Source of the DNA: Armatimonadota bacterium
GTDB taxonomy: Bacteria > Armatimonadota > SYMT01
Length of the DNA stretch: 64,000 bases
Assembly (NCBI GenBank): GCA_046292385.1
Contig: JBKBRF010000030.1
Location: 1-64,000, forward strand
Reading direction: 5' to 3'
Shown here: one piece after another, positions 10,725 through 20,861 of the stretch
How positions within the stretch are numbered: the first letter of the stretch is position 1
How the letters are laid out: each line of letters begins with the position of its first letter
Translations under genes and position numbers: made by a program
The notes under the pieces: model-generated
Databases searched by the model: none
Seen by the model: the letters and a program-made list of their open reading frames with translations, nothing else
What the model was told of the DNA's origin: nothing

Positions 10725-11705
10725 GTGAAGCGACTTCTCTCCATGGTTGCGGCCCTGGCTGCCGCGGCGCTCGGGTTGACCGGCTGTACCGCCCGCGCGC
10801 GGTCGGACGCGCCGGTGCTGATCTTTGGCGCCAAGGGGCTGCACGACGGCCAGTTCAACATGCCGCGAGAAGTGGGCTTCTCGCCCGATGGAAAGGAGCT
10901 CTACCTGCTCGACCGCTCCCACCGGCTGCAGGTCTTCACGCCGGACGGGAAGTTCGTCCGCATGTGGCCCACGCCGTTCGGGCCGCTCGGCAACCCGCGC
11001 GGGCTCGACGTCGACCCGGAAGGCAACATCTACGTCGCGGATACGCACAACAGCCAGGTGCTGGTCTACTCCGCCGGCGGGGAACTGGTCCGGCGCTGGG
11101 GGAAGCCGGGAACCAATCCCGGCGAGTTCACCTCGGTCACCGACGTGACGCTCGACCGGGACGGCAACCTCTGGGCGTGCGAATACGGCAGCTACAACGA
11201 CCGGATCCAGAAGTTCGATGCCCGCGGGAAGCTGCTGTTAACATGCGGAGAATTCGGCTCGGAACCCGGCCAGTTCAGCCGCCCGCAGGGAATCGAGTGC
11301 GGTCCGGACGGGCTGATCTACGTGGCCGACGCGGTAAACCACCGGATCCAGGTCCTCTCCCCGGACGGCAAGCTGAAGAAAGCGTGGGGTGAGGTAGGCG
11401 ACGCCCCCGGGAAGCTGCGGTATCCGTACGACGTGGCGTTCGACCGCGACGGCCGCCTCTACGTGGCGGAGTTCGGCAATTCCCGCGTCTCGGTCTTTAC
11501 CCCGGACGGGCGCTACCTGGGCGGGCTCGGGCGCCCGGGCCGGCGGCCCGGAGAATTCGACCATCCCTGGGGAGTGAACGTGGCCGCTTCGGGCGAAGTG
11601 TACGTGGCGGACACGATGAACTACCGGATCCAGAAATTCCCGCCGCTGGCGCTTCCGCCCGTGGGGACCGCCCACGCCGGCCACACGACGGAGATCCGAA
11701 GGTAG
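10725..11705 (+). CDS. NHL-repeat beta-propeller lipoprotein
   Basis: Repeats of GxFxxPxGx(x)D..G..YVAD..N.RIQ; lipobox-like LTGC. Start uncertain. Confidence 0.85.
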   Translation: MKRLLSMVAALAAAALGLTGCTARARSDAPVLIFGAKGLHDGQFNMPREVGFSPDGKELYLLDRSHRLQVFTPDGKFVRMWPTPFGPLGNPRGLDVDPEGNIYVADTHNSQVLVYSAGGELVRRWGKPGTNPGEFTSVTDVTLDRDGNLWACEYGSYNDRIQKFDARGKLLLTCGEFGSEPGQFSRPQGIECGPDGLIYVADAVNHRIQVLSPDGKLKKAWGEVGDAPGKLRYPYDVAFDRDGRLYVAEFGNSRVSVFTPDGRYLGGLGRPGRRPGEFDHPWGVNVAASGEVYVADTMNYRIQKFPPLALPPVGTAHAGHTTEIRR

Positions 11706-11707
11706 AG

Positions 11708-14700
11708 ATGGCGCTGCCTCTCGTCTCATTCTCACACCCGTGGTACCTGCTGCTGCTCCCGCTGCTGGGCGCAGGAGCGGTCTACGTCGCGCGCCAAAGC
11801 CTCGCCGGCATGGCCGGCAGCCGCGCCAGGTGGTCGCTCGGCCTCCGGATCGCCATTCTGACCTGCGCCGTGCTCGCCCTGGCGGGTCTGCAGGTGCGGC
11901 AGCCGACCCGCAAGCTCGCGGTGCTCTTCGTGCTGGACCAGTCCGACAGTATTCCGCCCGCGCAGAAGCGGCAGGCGGTGGAGCTGGTGAACCGCGCCGC
12001 GAGCAAGATGAAGTCCGACGACCTGGGCGGCGTGCTCGTCTTCGGCGGGGACGCCTACGTGGAGCGGGAGACCGGGCCGGCGCTCACCCTGAAGCAGGTG
12101 CACAGCGTCACCAGCCGGGACTACACGAACGTCGCCGGCGCCATCCGCCTGGCGCTCGCCGCCTTTCCGGACGACGCCCAACGGAGACTGGTGCTCGTCT
12201 CGGACGGGAATGAAAACCTCGGGAGCGCGGTGCAGGAGGCGGCCGCCGCGGCTTCCGCGGAGGTGCAGATCGACGTCGTGCCGGTCACCTACGAGTACCC
12301 CCGCGAGGTGCTGCTGGAAAAGATGGTCAATCCCAGCGAAGCGAAGGTGGGGGAGCCGTTCGAGGTGCGGCTGATCGCGCGGAGCACGGTCAAGACCAGC
12401 TCCACCATCAACCTGCTCCGCAACGGAGAGCTGATCGCGCGGCAGCGGGTCGATCTGCTGCCGGGTCCGAACGTCGTCACCTTCAAGCAGGCGCTCGAAG
12501 AATCTCGCTTCCACACCTACGAAGCGGTGATCGAGACCGGCAACGACGAGCTGGCGGAGAACAACCGGGCGCTCGGCTTCGTGCTGGTGAAGGGCAAGCC
12601 GAAGGTGCTGATCGTGGAGAGCAACCCGGCCGACGCCCGCTACCTGGCCGCCTCGCTGCAGGGGCAGCAGCTGGAGGTCGACATCCGCGAGCCGGGCCGC
12701 CTGCCCGCCACGCTGGCGGAGTTCCAGACCTACGACAGCATCGTGCTGAGCAACGTGGGGGCTTACCAGCTGACACCGGACCAGATGAAGGCGATCCGGA
12801 GCAGCGTACGCGATCTCGGCACCGGCCTGGTGATGATCGGCGGCGAGAACAGCTACGGACCGGGCGCCTACAAGGGAACCCCGATCGAAGAGGCGCTGCC
12901 GGTCGACATGGACGTGCGCAAGCACAAGGTGATGCCGGTCGGCGCCGTAGCGATGGTGCTCCACACCTGCGAATTCCCGGACGGCAACCGCTGGGCCGCG
13001 GAGACGGCCGCCTCGGTGGTCGACGTGCTGGGCGAGCGGGACAAGGTCGGCGTGCTGCTCTACGGCATGTCCGGCGAGCAGTGGGGCCTGCCGATGCAGC
13101 CGGCCGCCAACAAGGAGCGGATCAAGGCGCAGATCTACAACCTCGATCCGGGCGACGCGCCGGACTTCCACTCGCTGATGGACCTCGGCCACAAGGGCCT
13201 GATGACCGACGCGAGCGAGGCCGCCGTCAAGCACATGATCATCATCTCGGACGGCGACCCCTCGCCGCCGACTCCGGAGCTGCTGAACAAGATCCGGAAG
13301 GACAAGATCACCGTCAGCACCGTCGCGGTCTTCCCGCACGGCGGCGGCACCGGCACGCTGGAGAACATCGCGGCGGTCGGCAAGGGGCAGTTCTACAACG
13401 TCCGCCGCCCGGAAGAGATCCCGCGCATCTTCCTCAAGGAAGCGCAGCGGGTGCTGAAGCCCGCCATCATCGAGGAGACCTTCTCTCCGAACGTACTGCG
13501 GGACAGCCAACTCCTCTCCGGCATCCAGGGCGTGCCGCCGCTGATGGGATACGTCGCCACCACCGCCAAGGAAGCGCCGAGCGTGGAAGTGGCGATGACC
13601 TCCAAGCGGGACGACCCGATCCTCGCCTCCTGGCGGTTCGGCCTCGGCAAGTCGGTCGCGTTCATGTCGGACGCCAAAAACCGCTGGGCCGCGCCGTGGG
13701 TCTCCGCCGGCACCACCTTCTCCCGCTTCTGGGCCCAGACGATCCGGTGGACCGTCCGCAGCACCGCCCGCGCCAATCTCGACGCCAACGTGGAGATCGC
13801 CGAGCGGAAGGGGAGGGTGGTGATCGACGTCGTCGATCCGCAGGGCAACTTCATCAACATGCTCGACATCCGCGGCAGCGTGGCGGGAGACAACGTCTCG
13901 CCCTCTCTGCGGATCGACCAGACCGCCCCCGGCCGCTACGAAGGCACCTTCGAAGCTCCCGAGAAGGGGCAGTACATGGTCGCGCTGCGCTACACCGACA
14001 AAGACGGCACCCCGCGCATCCACCGCGTCGGCGCCGCGGTGCCGTACTCCAACGAGTACCGCAATCTCTCCGCGAACACGGCCACGCTGACCACCGTCTC
14101 GGAGCGAACCGGCGGACGCCTCTACCCGCCGCTGGGACCGGAGCGCCACGAGCAGGACCTCACCCACGTCTGGCGGCATGACCGCCGCAGCCACACCTCG
14201 CCGCAGGATCTCTGGCCCTGGCTGGTGCTGCTGGGAGCGCTGCTGCTGCCGGTCGACATCGGTGTGCGCCGCCTGATGATGAGCCGCACGGAGTGGCTCG
14301 CGATCATGGACCAGATCCACGCCGCCACCTTCGGCAAGCTCGGAGGGGGGCGGACGGCGGAGAAGGTCGAGTCGACCAACCGCCTCCTGGGCGCCAAGGC
14401 ACGCGCTGCCGGTCGGATTACCGAGGCGCCCGCGCCGGAGGCAGGCGGCGTGACCGAGCCGGCGGCAGCGCCCGCCGCGCCCGAAGCGCCCGCGCGGCCT
14501 CGCTACGAAGGTCCGGCGCGCAAGCTGCCGACGGTCGAGGGCGCCTCCACCGTCTCCCCCGCGCCGGGTGCGAGTGCGGCCCGCACCGGTCCGCTGCCGG
14601 AGATCGAGATCGCCGCTCCCACTGCAGCGGCACCGGTGCCGTCCGCGTCCACCGCTGCCGCCGAGAAAGCGCCCGAGCCGGCGAAGCCCGCCGCGCCGAA

Positions 14701-14899
14701 GCCGGCGGAGCCGCCGCGCGGCGGTGGCGTGGTGTGGCACAAGCCGGTGCCCGGCGTCGACCCGGCCGCCTCGTCCGCGCCGACGCCCCCCTCGTCCGAG
14801 CAGAAGAAGCCCGAAGCCCCTGCCGCGGACGGGGACGGCGACGGCTCGACCAGCCGCCTGCTGAAGGCGAAGCGGCGCGCGCGGGACCAGCAGGAGTAG
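11708..14899 (+). CDS. Membrane protein with two VWA domains, Ig-like and GATase-like domains, Pro/Ala-rich tail
   Basis: N-terminal PWYLLLL, DQSDS MIDAS, LVSDGNEN, GLVMIGGENSYGPG, IISDG, WRFGLGKSVAF, C-terminal TM. Confidence 0.85.
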   Translation: MALPLVSFSHPWYLLLLPLLGAGAVYVARQSLAGMAGSRARWSLGLRIAILTCAVLALAGLQVRQPTRKLAVLFVLDQSDSIPPAQKRQAVELVNRAASKMKSDDLGGVLVFGGDAYVERETGPALTLKQVHSVTSRDYTNVAGAIRLALAAFPDDAQRRLVLVSDGNENLGSAVQEAAAAASAEVQIDVVPVTYEYPREVLLEKMVNPSEAKVGEPFEVRLIARSTVKTSSTINLLRNGELIARQRVDLLPGPNVVTFKQALEESRFHTYEAVIETGNDELAENNRALGFVLVKGKPKVLIVESNPADARYLAASLQGQQLEVDIREPGRLPATLAEFQTYDSIVLSNVGAYQLTPDQMKAIRSSVRDLGTGLVMIGGENSYGPGAYKGTPIEEALPVDMDVRKHKVMPVGAVAMVLHTCEFPDGNRWAAETAASVVDVLGERDKVGVLLYGMSGEQWGLPMQPAANKERIKAQIYNLDPGDAPDFHSLMDLGHKGLMTDASEAAVKHMIIISDGDPSPPTPELLNKIRKDKITVSTVAVFPHGGGTGTLENIAAVGKGQFYNVRRPEEIPRIFLKEAQRVLKPAIIEETFSPNVLRDSQLLSGIQGVPPLMGYVATTAKEAPSVEVAMTSKRDDPILASWRFGLGKSVAFMSDAKNRWAAPWVSAGTTFSRFWAQTIRWTVRSTARANLDANVEIAERKGRVVIDVVDPQGNFINMLDIRGSVAGDNVSPSLRIDQTAPGRYEGTFEAPEKGQYMVALRYTDKDGTPRIHRVGAAVPYSNEYRNLSANTATLTTVSERTGGRLYPPLGPERHEQDLTHVWRHDRRSHTSPQDLWPWLVLLGALLLPVDIGVRRLMMSRTEWLAIMDQIHAATFGKLGGGRTAEKVESTNRLLGAKARAAGRITEAPAPEAGGVTEPAAAPAAPEAPARPRYEGPARKLPTVEGASTVSPAPGASAARTGPLPEIEIAAPTAAAPVPSASTAAAEKAPEPAKPAAPKPAEPPRGGGVVWHKPVPGVDPAASSAPTPPSSEQKKPEAPAADGDGDGSTSRLLKAKRRARDQQE

Positions 14900-14901
14900 T
14901 T

Positions 14902-16527
14902 TTGACAGGGCTGGCACGAGCGGCGGATGCACCCGCCGGGAAGAACGAACAGACCGCCGGGCGGCGCGGGTGGGCCGCGCTCCGGCGCACGGCACAGCTG
15001 GGCTGTGCCGCCCTCTCCGCGCTGCTGTTGAACCTGGCGTGCCCTCCCTACGACCTCGCCTGGCTCGCCTGGCCCGCCCTGGTGCCGCTCTTCCTGGCGC
15101 TGCTCCGCTTCGGTGCGCCGGAGGAGCCGGGCACCCGCGGAGCTCGCGCCGCGCGGATGCCGTTCGCTCTCGGCTTCACGTGGGGCTTCGTCTTCCTGCT
15201 CCTCCACGTCCCGTGGTTCGCCGGGTTCAGCCCGGCAGGATATCCGGTCGCGGCGGCGTACTGGGGCGTGCTCGGAGGGCTGGTCTGCCTCGCCGCCGTC
15301 ACCATCCAGCGCGCCGCGCCGCTGCGGTGGACCCCCATGGTCTTTGCCTCCGCCTGGGTACTCTTCGAATGGCTGCGCGCACAGGGGACGCTCGCCTTCC
15401 CGTGGGGCACGCTCTCCGTGACCCAGTACCGGGCGCTCCCGCTGCTCCAGATGCTGGACCTCACCGGCTCGTACGGCCTCAGTTTCCTGATGGCCCTCAC
15501 CGCAGCGGGCGCTGCCTGCGCGGCGCTCTATCCGGGGAATGCCCCCGTCCGCAAGCTGCGGGTGGTAGGGGCGGGGTGGGCGGGCGTGGCCCTGCTGCTG
15601 GTGGCCGGAGGAGTGGTGCGCGGCAACTCGATCCTGGCGCAGCCCACGAATACCGAAGGCTCGGCGCGCGTGGCCGTGATCCAGGCGAGCCACTCTGTGA
15701 AGTCCAGCGGGGTCGAGGTGGTCACCGTCTCGCCTCCCGGGGAGTATGCTGCCCGCACCCGGGAGGCGATCCGGGCCGGGGCCGACCTGGTGGTGTGGCC
15801 GGAATCTGCCAGCCAGGAAGACGGCGTGAACGATCCGTACGTCCGGCAGCACCTGGCTGGGCTCGTCGCGGGCACGGAAACCCACCTCCTCGCCGGGAGC
15901 TTTATCGAGGACCTACCTTCCGGGATGCTGACCAACGCGGCCGCAATGTTCGCCCCGACCGGGGAGGTTACGGGCCAGTACGCAAAGGTCCTCATCGTCC
16001 CGTTCGGGGAGTACCTGCCGCTCAGGCCGCTGCTGAGCTGGACGGAGCGCCTCGGCATGCCCCCCAACGATCTTCGCGCCGGCACCGGCTGGAACCCGGT
16101 ACCGTGGAGCGGCGGAGCGGTGGGAATCTCGATCTGCTTCGAGTCCGCCTTCGGCTACGTCTCTCGAGAGATGGTGAACCGCGGCGCGAACCTGCTGGCG
16201 GTGCTCACCAGCGACGGCTGGGCCGGCCGCTCCGCCGCCGGTCTCCAGCACGCCGCCTTCGCGCCGCTCCGCGCCGTGGAGACGCGGCGGTCGGTCGCCC
16301 GCGCCGCCGCCACCGGCGTCTCCCAGCTCCTCGACCCGCACGGCCGGCCGCTGGAGTCGATTCCGATGTTCACCAAGGGCTTCGCCGTCGCGGAGCTGCC
16401 GCTGCGCACCGACCTCACCCTCTACGCCCGCCTCGGCGACTGGCCGGTGCTCCTCGCCGCCGCCTGCCTCGCCCTGCTCGCGATCTCCGCCCGTCGACAA
16501 TCCGCCAGAGGGGCCGTGAGGCATTGA
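14902..16527 (+). CDS. lnt: Apolipoprotein N-acyltransferase
   Basis: EWLR...FPW, WPES, YAKVLIVPFGEYLP, ICFES, RAVE.RR.V.RAA.TG.S; TTG start after AGGAG. Confidence 0.92.
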   Translation: MTGLARAADAPAGKNEQTAGRRGWAALRRTAQLGCAALSALLLNLACPPYDLAWLAWPALVPLFLALLRFGAPEEPGTRGARAARMPFALGFTWGFVFLLLHVPWFAGFSPAGYPVAAAYWGVLGGLVCLAAVTIQRAAPLRWTPMVFASAWVLFEWLRAQGTLAFPWGTLSVTQYRALPLLQMLDLTGSYGLSFLMALTAAGAACAALYPGNAPVRKLRVVGAGWAGVALLLVAGGVVRGNSILAQPTNTEGSARVAVIQASHSVKSSGVEVVTVSPPGEYAARTREAIRAGADLVVWPESASQEDGVNDPYVRQHLAGLVAGTETHLLAGSFIEDLPSGMLTNAAAMFAPTGEVTGQYAKVLIVPFGEYLPLRPLLSWTERLGMPPNDLRAGTGWNPVPWSGGAVGISICFESAFGYVSREMVNRGANLLAVLTSDGWAGRSAAGLQHAAFAPLRAVETRRSVARAAATGVSQLLDPHGRPLESIPMFTKGFAVAELPLRTDLTLYARLGDWPVLLAAACLALLAISARRQSARGAVRH

Positions 16528-16852
16528 AATACCTCGCTGGAAGGCCTTCGGCCAAGCGTCCTCCGGACGCCCAAACCCGACCCTGCTCGGTCCCCGGAGG
16601 GGTCGCCCATCCGGGGGATGAAACTTCGTGCCGTGGTTGCCGTGGTTTCAACCGCCCGGTGGCTGCGGGCGACTGTGTTCCCTGATCTGTGTTCCTTCTG
16701 TTGGCTCCTCTGTACTACTAACCGCGAGAATCTTGCCGGGACGCGCAAATTCTGCCGGTGGTCCTCGCGAGCGTGGACCTTGCGAAGCGGGAGGGGCCAG
16801 TCTCGAGGCGTCCTTGCTTCTCTTCGAGATGCAGTCTCGAGCCCGCAACCCG

Positions 16853-17426
16853 ACCCCGCGCCCTTGTGCCGGGAGGCAGCCCTCCCGCGACGCAGGCCCT
16901 CCGCGGCCTTTTCACACTCCGCTGCGCTCCGTTAGCAGGCCGCTGCGGGAGTAGGCTCCGGTAAGCTCATCCCGCGCCAGGAAGCGTCACCCGTGCCGAC
17001 AGGGGAGCCCACGGGCTGCCTCCCGACCCTTCGAGCGACCACCCCTGGCCAGGGGTGGTCACAACTGGCGCCCTCCGGGCGCCTCCGGTCTGAGCACGGT
17101 CGGCAGCCGACGGATTGCCCGAAGCCGGTGCCGACTACCGGCTTCGCGCCCCCGGGCGTGGGGATCTGCGGAGCCCGGAAGCGCTGCCGGAGGCAGGGCG
17201 GGAGGGGTTCACTTGTGACCACCCCTGGCAGGGGTGGTCGCTTGAGCCGCCTGGAGCGGCCCGTGAGTCGCCGCATTGCCACTACCGCAGGCCGCGAACG
17301 CGGAGCGCAGCCAACCGATGGGCACGCCCGGAGCAGTCCGCTAGCGGAGCCGCAGGCGGAGCGTGAAAGGACTGCGGGAGGGCCAACCACGCGGGAGGGC
17401 CGCTCCAGGCGGTGAGGGCGCGGGGT
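16853..17426. repeat. ~570 bp fold-back (long imperfect palindromic) intergenic element, copy 1
   Basis: Ends ACCCCGCGCCCT / AGGGCGCGGGGT, ~100 bp imperfect inverted arms, internal GACCACCCCT...AGGGGTGGTC hairpins; second copy at 38091-38632. Confidence 0.85.
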
Positions 17427-17629
17427 GAACACCCGGAGCGATGACGGTCGCGCCGAGAGAATCCTTCTCCCGCGGCCTTGAGCTTGGTTGCGGCATCAGC
17501 CGCGCTGTGTCGGTCTGTGTCTGGGTCCGGAACGTTCGTCGTACCGGCAATCGAGTTTACCGGCGCCGTGCTGCGGTTAATTCATCTGTGCGCGTTGGAC
17601 GCTGCGGGGCAGCGGAGGAAAGGCACCAG

Positions 17630-18259
17630 ATGGATATCCGGATCGGAGTCGCCGTGGCGGCGGAAGACGGGAACGCCGGCCGCGTGTCGGGGATCATCCT
17701 GCATCCCGAGTCGCAGGAGGTGGAGGGGATCGTCGCGGAGCAGGGCGGCATGCTCGCGCACGACGTCGTGATTCCGATCGAGCGGATCGTCTCTGCGGGA
17801 GAGGACGTGGTGCGCGTCCGCGGCACGGTCGACGAGATCTCGGAGTGCCCCGCCTTCGCGCAGAGCCAGTACGTCGAGCCGCCGGACGAGTGGATCCCGC
17901 CGCTCGGCGGTCCCCCCACCCATTACCTCTTCCCCGCGACCCCGTACTCGGTGGGAGCCTTCACGTTCCCCTCGGTCCAGGGGGCGCCTCCGGAGCACGA
18001 AGTCGAGAACCTGGAGCCGGGCGACGTGGAGGTGGCCGCGGACACCCAGGTCTACCTGCGGGACGGATCGACCGTCGGCCGGGTAGAGCGCGTCGTCACC
18101 GAAGGCGACTCCGACCGGGTGAGTCATCTCGTGGTGTCGCGGACCGCCGGCAAAGACGTGATGGTGGGAGTCGACCGCGTGGCGCGGATGGGGGAAGACG
18201 GCATTCACCTGCAGTTGGACGAGGTCGAGCTCGACACGCTGCCGGCGGCGGCCGACTGA
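17630..18259 (+). CDS. PRC-barrel domain protein (two barrels)
   Basis: IGVAVAAEDGNAGRV...DVVIPIERI and VYLRDGSTVGRVERVV; GGAGG upstream. Confidence 0.8.
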   Translation: MDIRIGVAVAAEDGNAGRVSGIILHPESQEVEGIVAEQGGMLAHDVVIPIERIVSAGEDVVRVRGTVDEISECPAFAQSQYVEPPDEWIPPLGGPPTHYLFPATPYSVGAFTFPSVQGAPPEHEVENLEPGDVEVAADTQVYLRDGSTVGRVERVVTEGDSDRVSHLVVSRTAGKDVMVGVDRVARMGEDGIHLQLDEVELDTLPAAAD

Positions 18260-18268
18260 TCGTCCCCG

Positions 18269-18931
18269 TTATTCGCTCAGGTGCTTCCCGGCCTGGCCGA
18301 GCCATTCCTGGATCGGAAGCTCGAAGCCGGGGAGCACCTCGCCGCCGGTCAGCACGCCGTCCGCACCCAGCACCTCGCACTCCTCCGGCGAGGTGTAGCA
18401 GCGCACGCGCGGGATCTCCGGCTCCGCGATCCAGACCAGCCGCGTCCCCGCCGCGAAGTACTCCCTCAGCTTCCGCTGCATCTCCGCCTCGGTGTTGGTT
18501 GGGCTTACCACTTCCACTGCTAGGTCAGGTGCCTCGTGCCCGAACGATCCAGCTGGGAATGCGCGGTTCGGAAAGCGACTCCAGCGATAGAAGGAGACGT
18601 CCGGCTGCCTCACCAATCCCGCTCGCAGCCTGAGTAGCGCGTCCGCCCCCACAGCGAAGCCGAAGCCATCCCGTGCGCCCCACCCTTCAAGGATGTGGGC
18701 TAGCGCCATGGCGACGCGCGACTCATAGAATTCCATCGGCTTCTCCACGAGTGTCCCGTCCACCAGTTCATAGAGTCTCCCGTCGACATCAGCGTGGCGT
18801 TCGAGGTCGGCTTCGCGAGCGGTACCCGGCGCGGGATGCGCCGCGATTCGCTCTAAGGGGATCGAACCGAGTTCGCGCACCAGGTCCGCGAGGGTCGCGA
18901 TGGTCTGCGGCGGTTCTAGGGTAAGTGTCAT
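18269..18931 (-). CDS. Uma2 family (DUF820) PD-(D/E)XK endonuclease-like protein
   Basis: ELVDGTLVEKPM, RQPDVSF, APDLAVEVVSP, KLREYFAAG, LPGF. Confidence 0.9.
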   Translation of the reverse strand: MTLTLEPPQTIATLADLVRELGSIPLERIAAHPAPGTAREADLERHADVDGRLYELVDGTLVEKPMEFYESRVAMALAHILEGWGARDGFGFAVGADALLRLRAGLVRQPDVSFYRWSRFPNRAFPAGSFGHEAPDLAVEVVSPTNTEAEMQRKLREYFAAGTRLVWIAEPEIPRVRCYTSPEECEVLGADGVLTGGEVLPGFELPIQEWLGQAGKHLSE

Positions 18932-18984
18932 GCGGCCACCTCAGGCGGGCTCCAACGGCTCGTGCTCCAATGAGATGATACCCA

Positions 18985-20595
18985 TCAGTCTCCAGGCGGG
19001 CAGATCAACGTGTCCTTTACCCAGTGGGCGTCGTCCCGCTCCGGGTGGTCGACGTTGAAGTGCAGGCCCCGGCTCTCCTTGCGGCGGAGCGCGCACTCGA
19101 TGATGAGCCAGCCCGCCTCCGTGATGTTCATCAGCTCGAGCAGCTCCAGGGAGACGTGGCTGGTGCGGAAGAGGTTCTCCACGGCACTGCGGAGGATCTC
19201 CACTTCCCGCTTCGCCTGGCGGAGGCGGTGTTCCGAGCGGACGATGCCGACGTGGCTCCACATGAGCGTCTGGATCAGCAGGCGGAGCTGCGCGACGAAC
19301 TCCGGCGAGACTTCGGAGGCGCGGCGCTCCGGCTGGTTCGCTTCCACCCACGCGTCGGGATCGCTCGGCGCGCCGGCGTGCCCCTCACGCTCGAAGAGCG
19401 CCTGCGTGTCGGCGGCGGCGTGGTCGGCGAAGACGAGCGCCTCCAGCAGGGAGTTGCTGGCGAGACGATTGGCGCCGTGGACTCCGGTGCACGCTACCTC
19501 GCCGACCGCATAGAGCCGGTGGATCGAGGTGCGGGCTTCCAGGTCGGTCACCACGCCCCCGCAGCTGTAGTGCGCGGCGGGGACCACCGGGATCGGCTGC
19601 TGCGTGATGTCGATGCCGAACTCCAGGCAGCGGTGGTAGATGGTCGGGAACCGGTCCCGCACCACCTCCGGCTCCAGGTGGGTCACGTCGAGCAGCACGT
19701 AGTCGTCGCCGGTGCGCTTCAGCTCGCTGTCGATCGCCCGCGCCACGATGTCGCGCGGCGCCAGGGACGCCAGCGGGTGATAGGCGTCCATAAACGGCGT
19801 TCCATCCCGCAGGCGCAGGATGCCGCCTTCGCCGCGGACCGCCTCGGAGATCAGGAACGAGCGCGCCTCCGGGTGGTAGAGGGTGGTGGGGTGGAACTGG
19901 ATGAACTCCATGTTCCCGATGACGGCCCCCGCCCGGAACGCGATCCCGATGCCGTCCGCCGTCGCGATCGCCGGGTTGGTGGTGTGGAGGTAGACCTGCC
20001 CCGCGCCGCCGGTGGCGAGCACCGTGGCGTCGGCCAGGAGCGTCTTCACCTCGTCCGCCTGGGTGTCGAGCACGGTGGCGCCGAGGCAGACCGGGCGGCC
20101 GTCGCGCTCCTCCACGATCAGGTCGACCGCCGCGTGGTGCTCGTAGACGCGGATGTTCCGGTGCCGCTGGACCGCCGTCACGAGCGTCCGCTCGACTTCG
20201 CGCCCGGTCAGGTCCTTCGCGTGGATGATCCGGTTGCGCGAGTGGCCGCCTTCCCGCCCCAGGGAGAGCCGCGGCGGCTGGTCCGCGTGCTCGTCGGTGG
20301 TGAACTGCGCGCCCCAGGCGATCAGGTCGCGGACCCGGTCCGGACCTTCCAGCACCATCTGGGTCACCGCGTCCCGGTGACAGAGGCCGGCGCCGGCGGT
20401 CTCCGTGTCCTGGATGTGCAGCTCCGGGGCATCGTCCGCGGCCATTACCGCCGCGATGCCGCCCTGTGCGTAGTTGGTATTCGACTCGCTGTCCTGCTTC
20501 TTCGTCACGAGCGTGACGGAGGCGAGCTCTGCCGCCTTGAGCGCGTAGGTCAGCCCGGCCACGCCGCTGCCGATCACCAGGACCGTGTTCTGCAT
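18985..20595 (-). CDS. nadB: L-aspartate oxidase
   Basis: GSGVAG, NTNYAQGGIAA, REGGHS..RIIH..DLTG, QFHPT, SEAVRGEG, PAAHY.CGG, HGANRLASNSLLE. Confidence 0.96.
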   Translation of the reverse strand: MQNTVLVIGSGVAGLTYALKAAELASVTLVTKKQDSESNTNYAQGGIAAVMAADDAPELHIQDTETAGAGLCHRDAVTQMVLEGPDRVRDLIAWGAQFTTDEHADQPPRLSLGREGGHSRNRIIHAKDLTGREVERTLVTAVQRHRNIRVYEHHAAVDLIVEERDGRPVCLGATVLDTQADEVKTLLADATVLATGGAGQVYLHTTNPAIATADGIGIAFRAGAVIGNMEFIQFHPTTLYHPEARSFLISEAVRGEGGILRLRDGTPFMDAYHPLASLAPRDIVARAIDSELKRTGDDYVLLDVTHLEPEVVRDRFPTIYHRCLEFGIDITQQPIPVVPAAHYSCGGVVTDLEARTSIHRLYAVGEVACTGVHGANRLASNSLLEALVFADHAAADTQALFEREGHAGAPSDPDAWVEANQPERRASEVSPEFVAQLRLLIQTLMWSHVGIVRSEHRLRQAKREVEILRSAVENLFRTSHVSLELLELMNITEAGWLIIECALRRKESRGLHFNVDHPERDDAHWVKDTLICPPGD

Positions 20596-20619
20596 CTGGT
20601 TGAGCGTTGGTCAGATACG

Positions 20620-20645
20620 AAAAGAGCCCGGCGGGAAGCCGGGCT
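20620..20645 (-). terminator. Terminator-like hairpin AGCCCGGC-TTCCC-GCCGGGCT-CTTTT upstream of nadB
   Basis: Perfect 8-bp GC-rich stem followed by CTTTT on the minus strand. Confidence 0.55.
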
Positions 20646-20651
20646 GCAGAG

Positions 20652-20681
20652 ATTATGACACCCGCTTGCTAAGCGCGTCAA
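20652..20681 (-). promoter_or_regulatory. Putative nadB promoter TTGACG-N18-CATAAT with TG extension and CGCTT-N3-AAGCG dyad in the spacer
   Basis: Near-consensus hexamers read from the sequence. Confidence 0.55.
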
Positions 20682-20751
20682 CTTCGGGAGGCGGAGCGAC
20701 CGCCCGGCCGGCAGCCTGCCCGCAGAGGTAGAAAGGGCGGATGGGGGGCGC

Positions 20752-20851
20752 CAGTTGCAGGTTAGCAGGTTGACAGGTTGCAAGTTGCAGGTTAAGCCCT
20801 CCGGCGGCTGGGGTTCGGAACTTGAAACCTGCCAACCTGGAACTTGTTAAC
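20752..20851. repeat. Inverted CAGGTTG-type tandem arrays around a CTCCG-N6-GGGGTTCGG core
   Basis: 7-8 nt (g)CAGGTT(g) units on the left, AACCTG units on the right; homologous to 26495-26593 and 45254-45345. Confidence 0.85.
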
Positions 20852-20861
20852 AGAATCGCAC

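Noticed and set aside
16540..17430. Short ORFs across the lnt downstream region and the fold-back element as a transposase remnant
   Set aside because: No DDE, HUH or recombinase motifs recognised, and frames are not conserved between the two element copies.
18269..18931. Uma2 gene as a restriction/defence system
   Set aside because: Solitary, with no methyltransferase or defence neighbours; the family is commonly expanded in such genomes.
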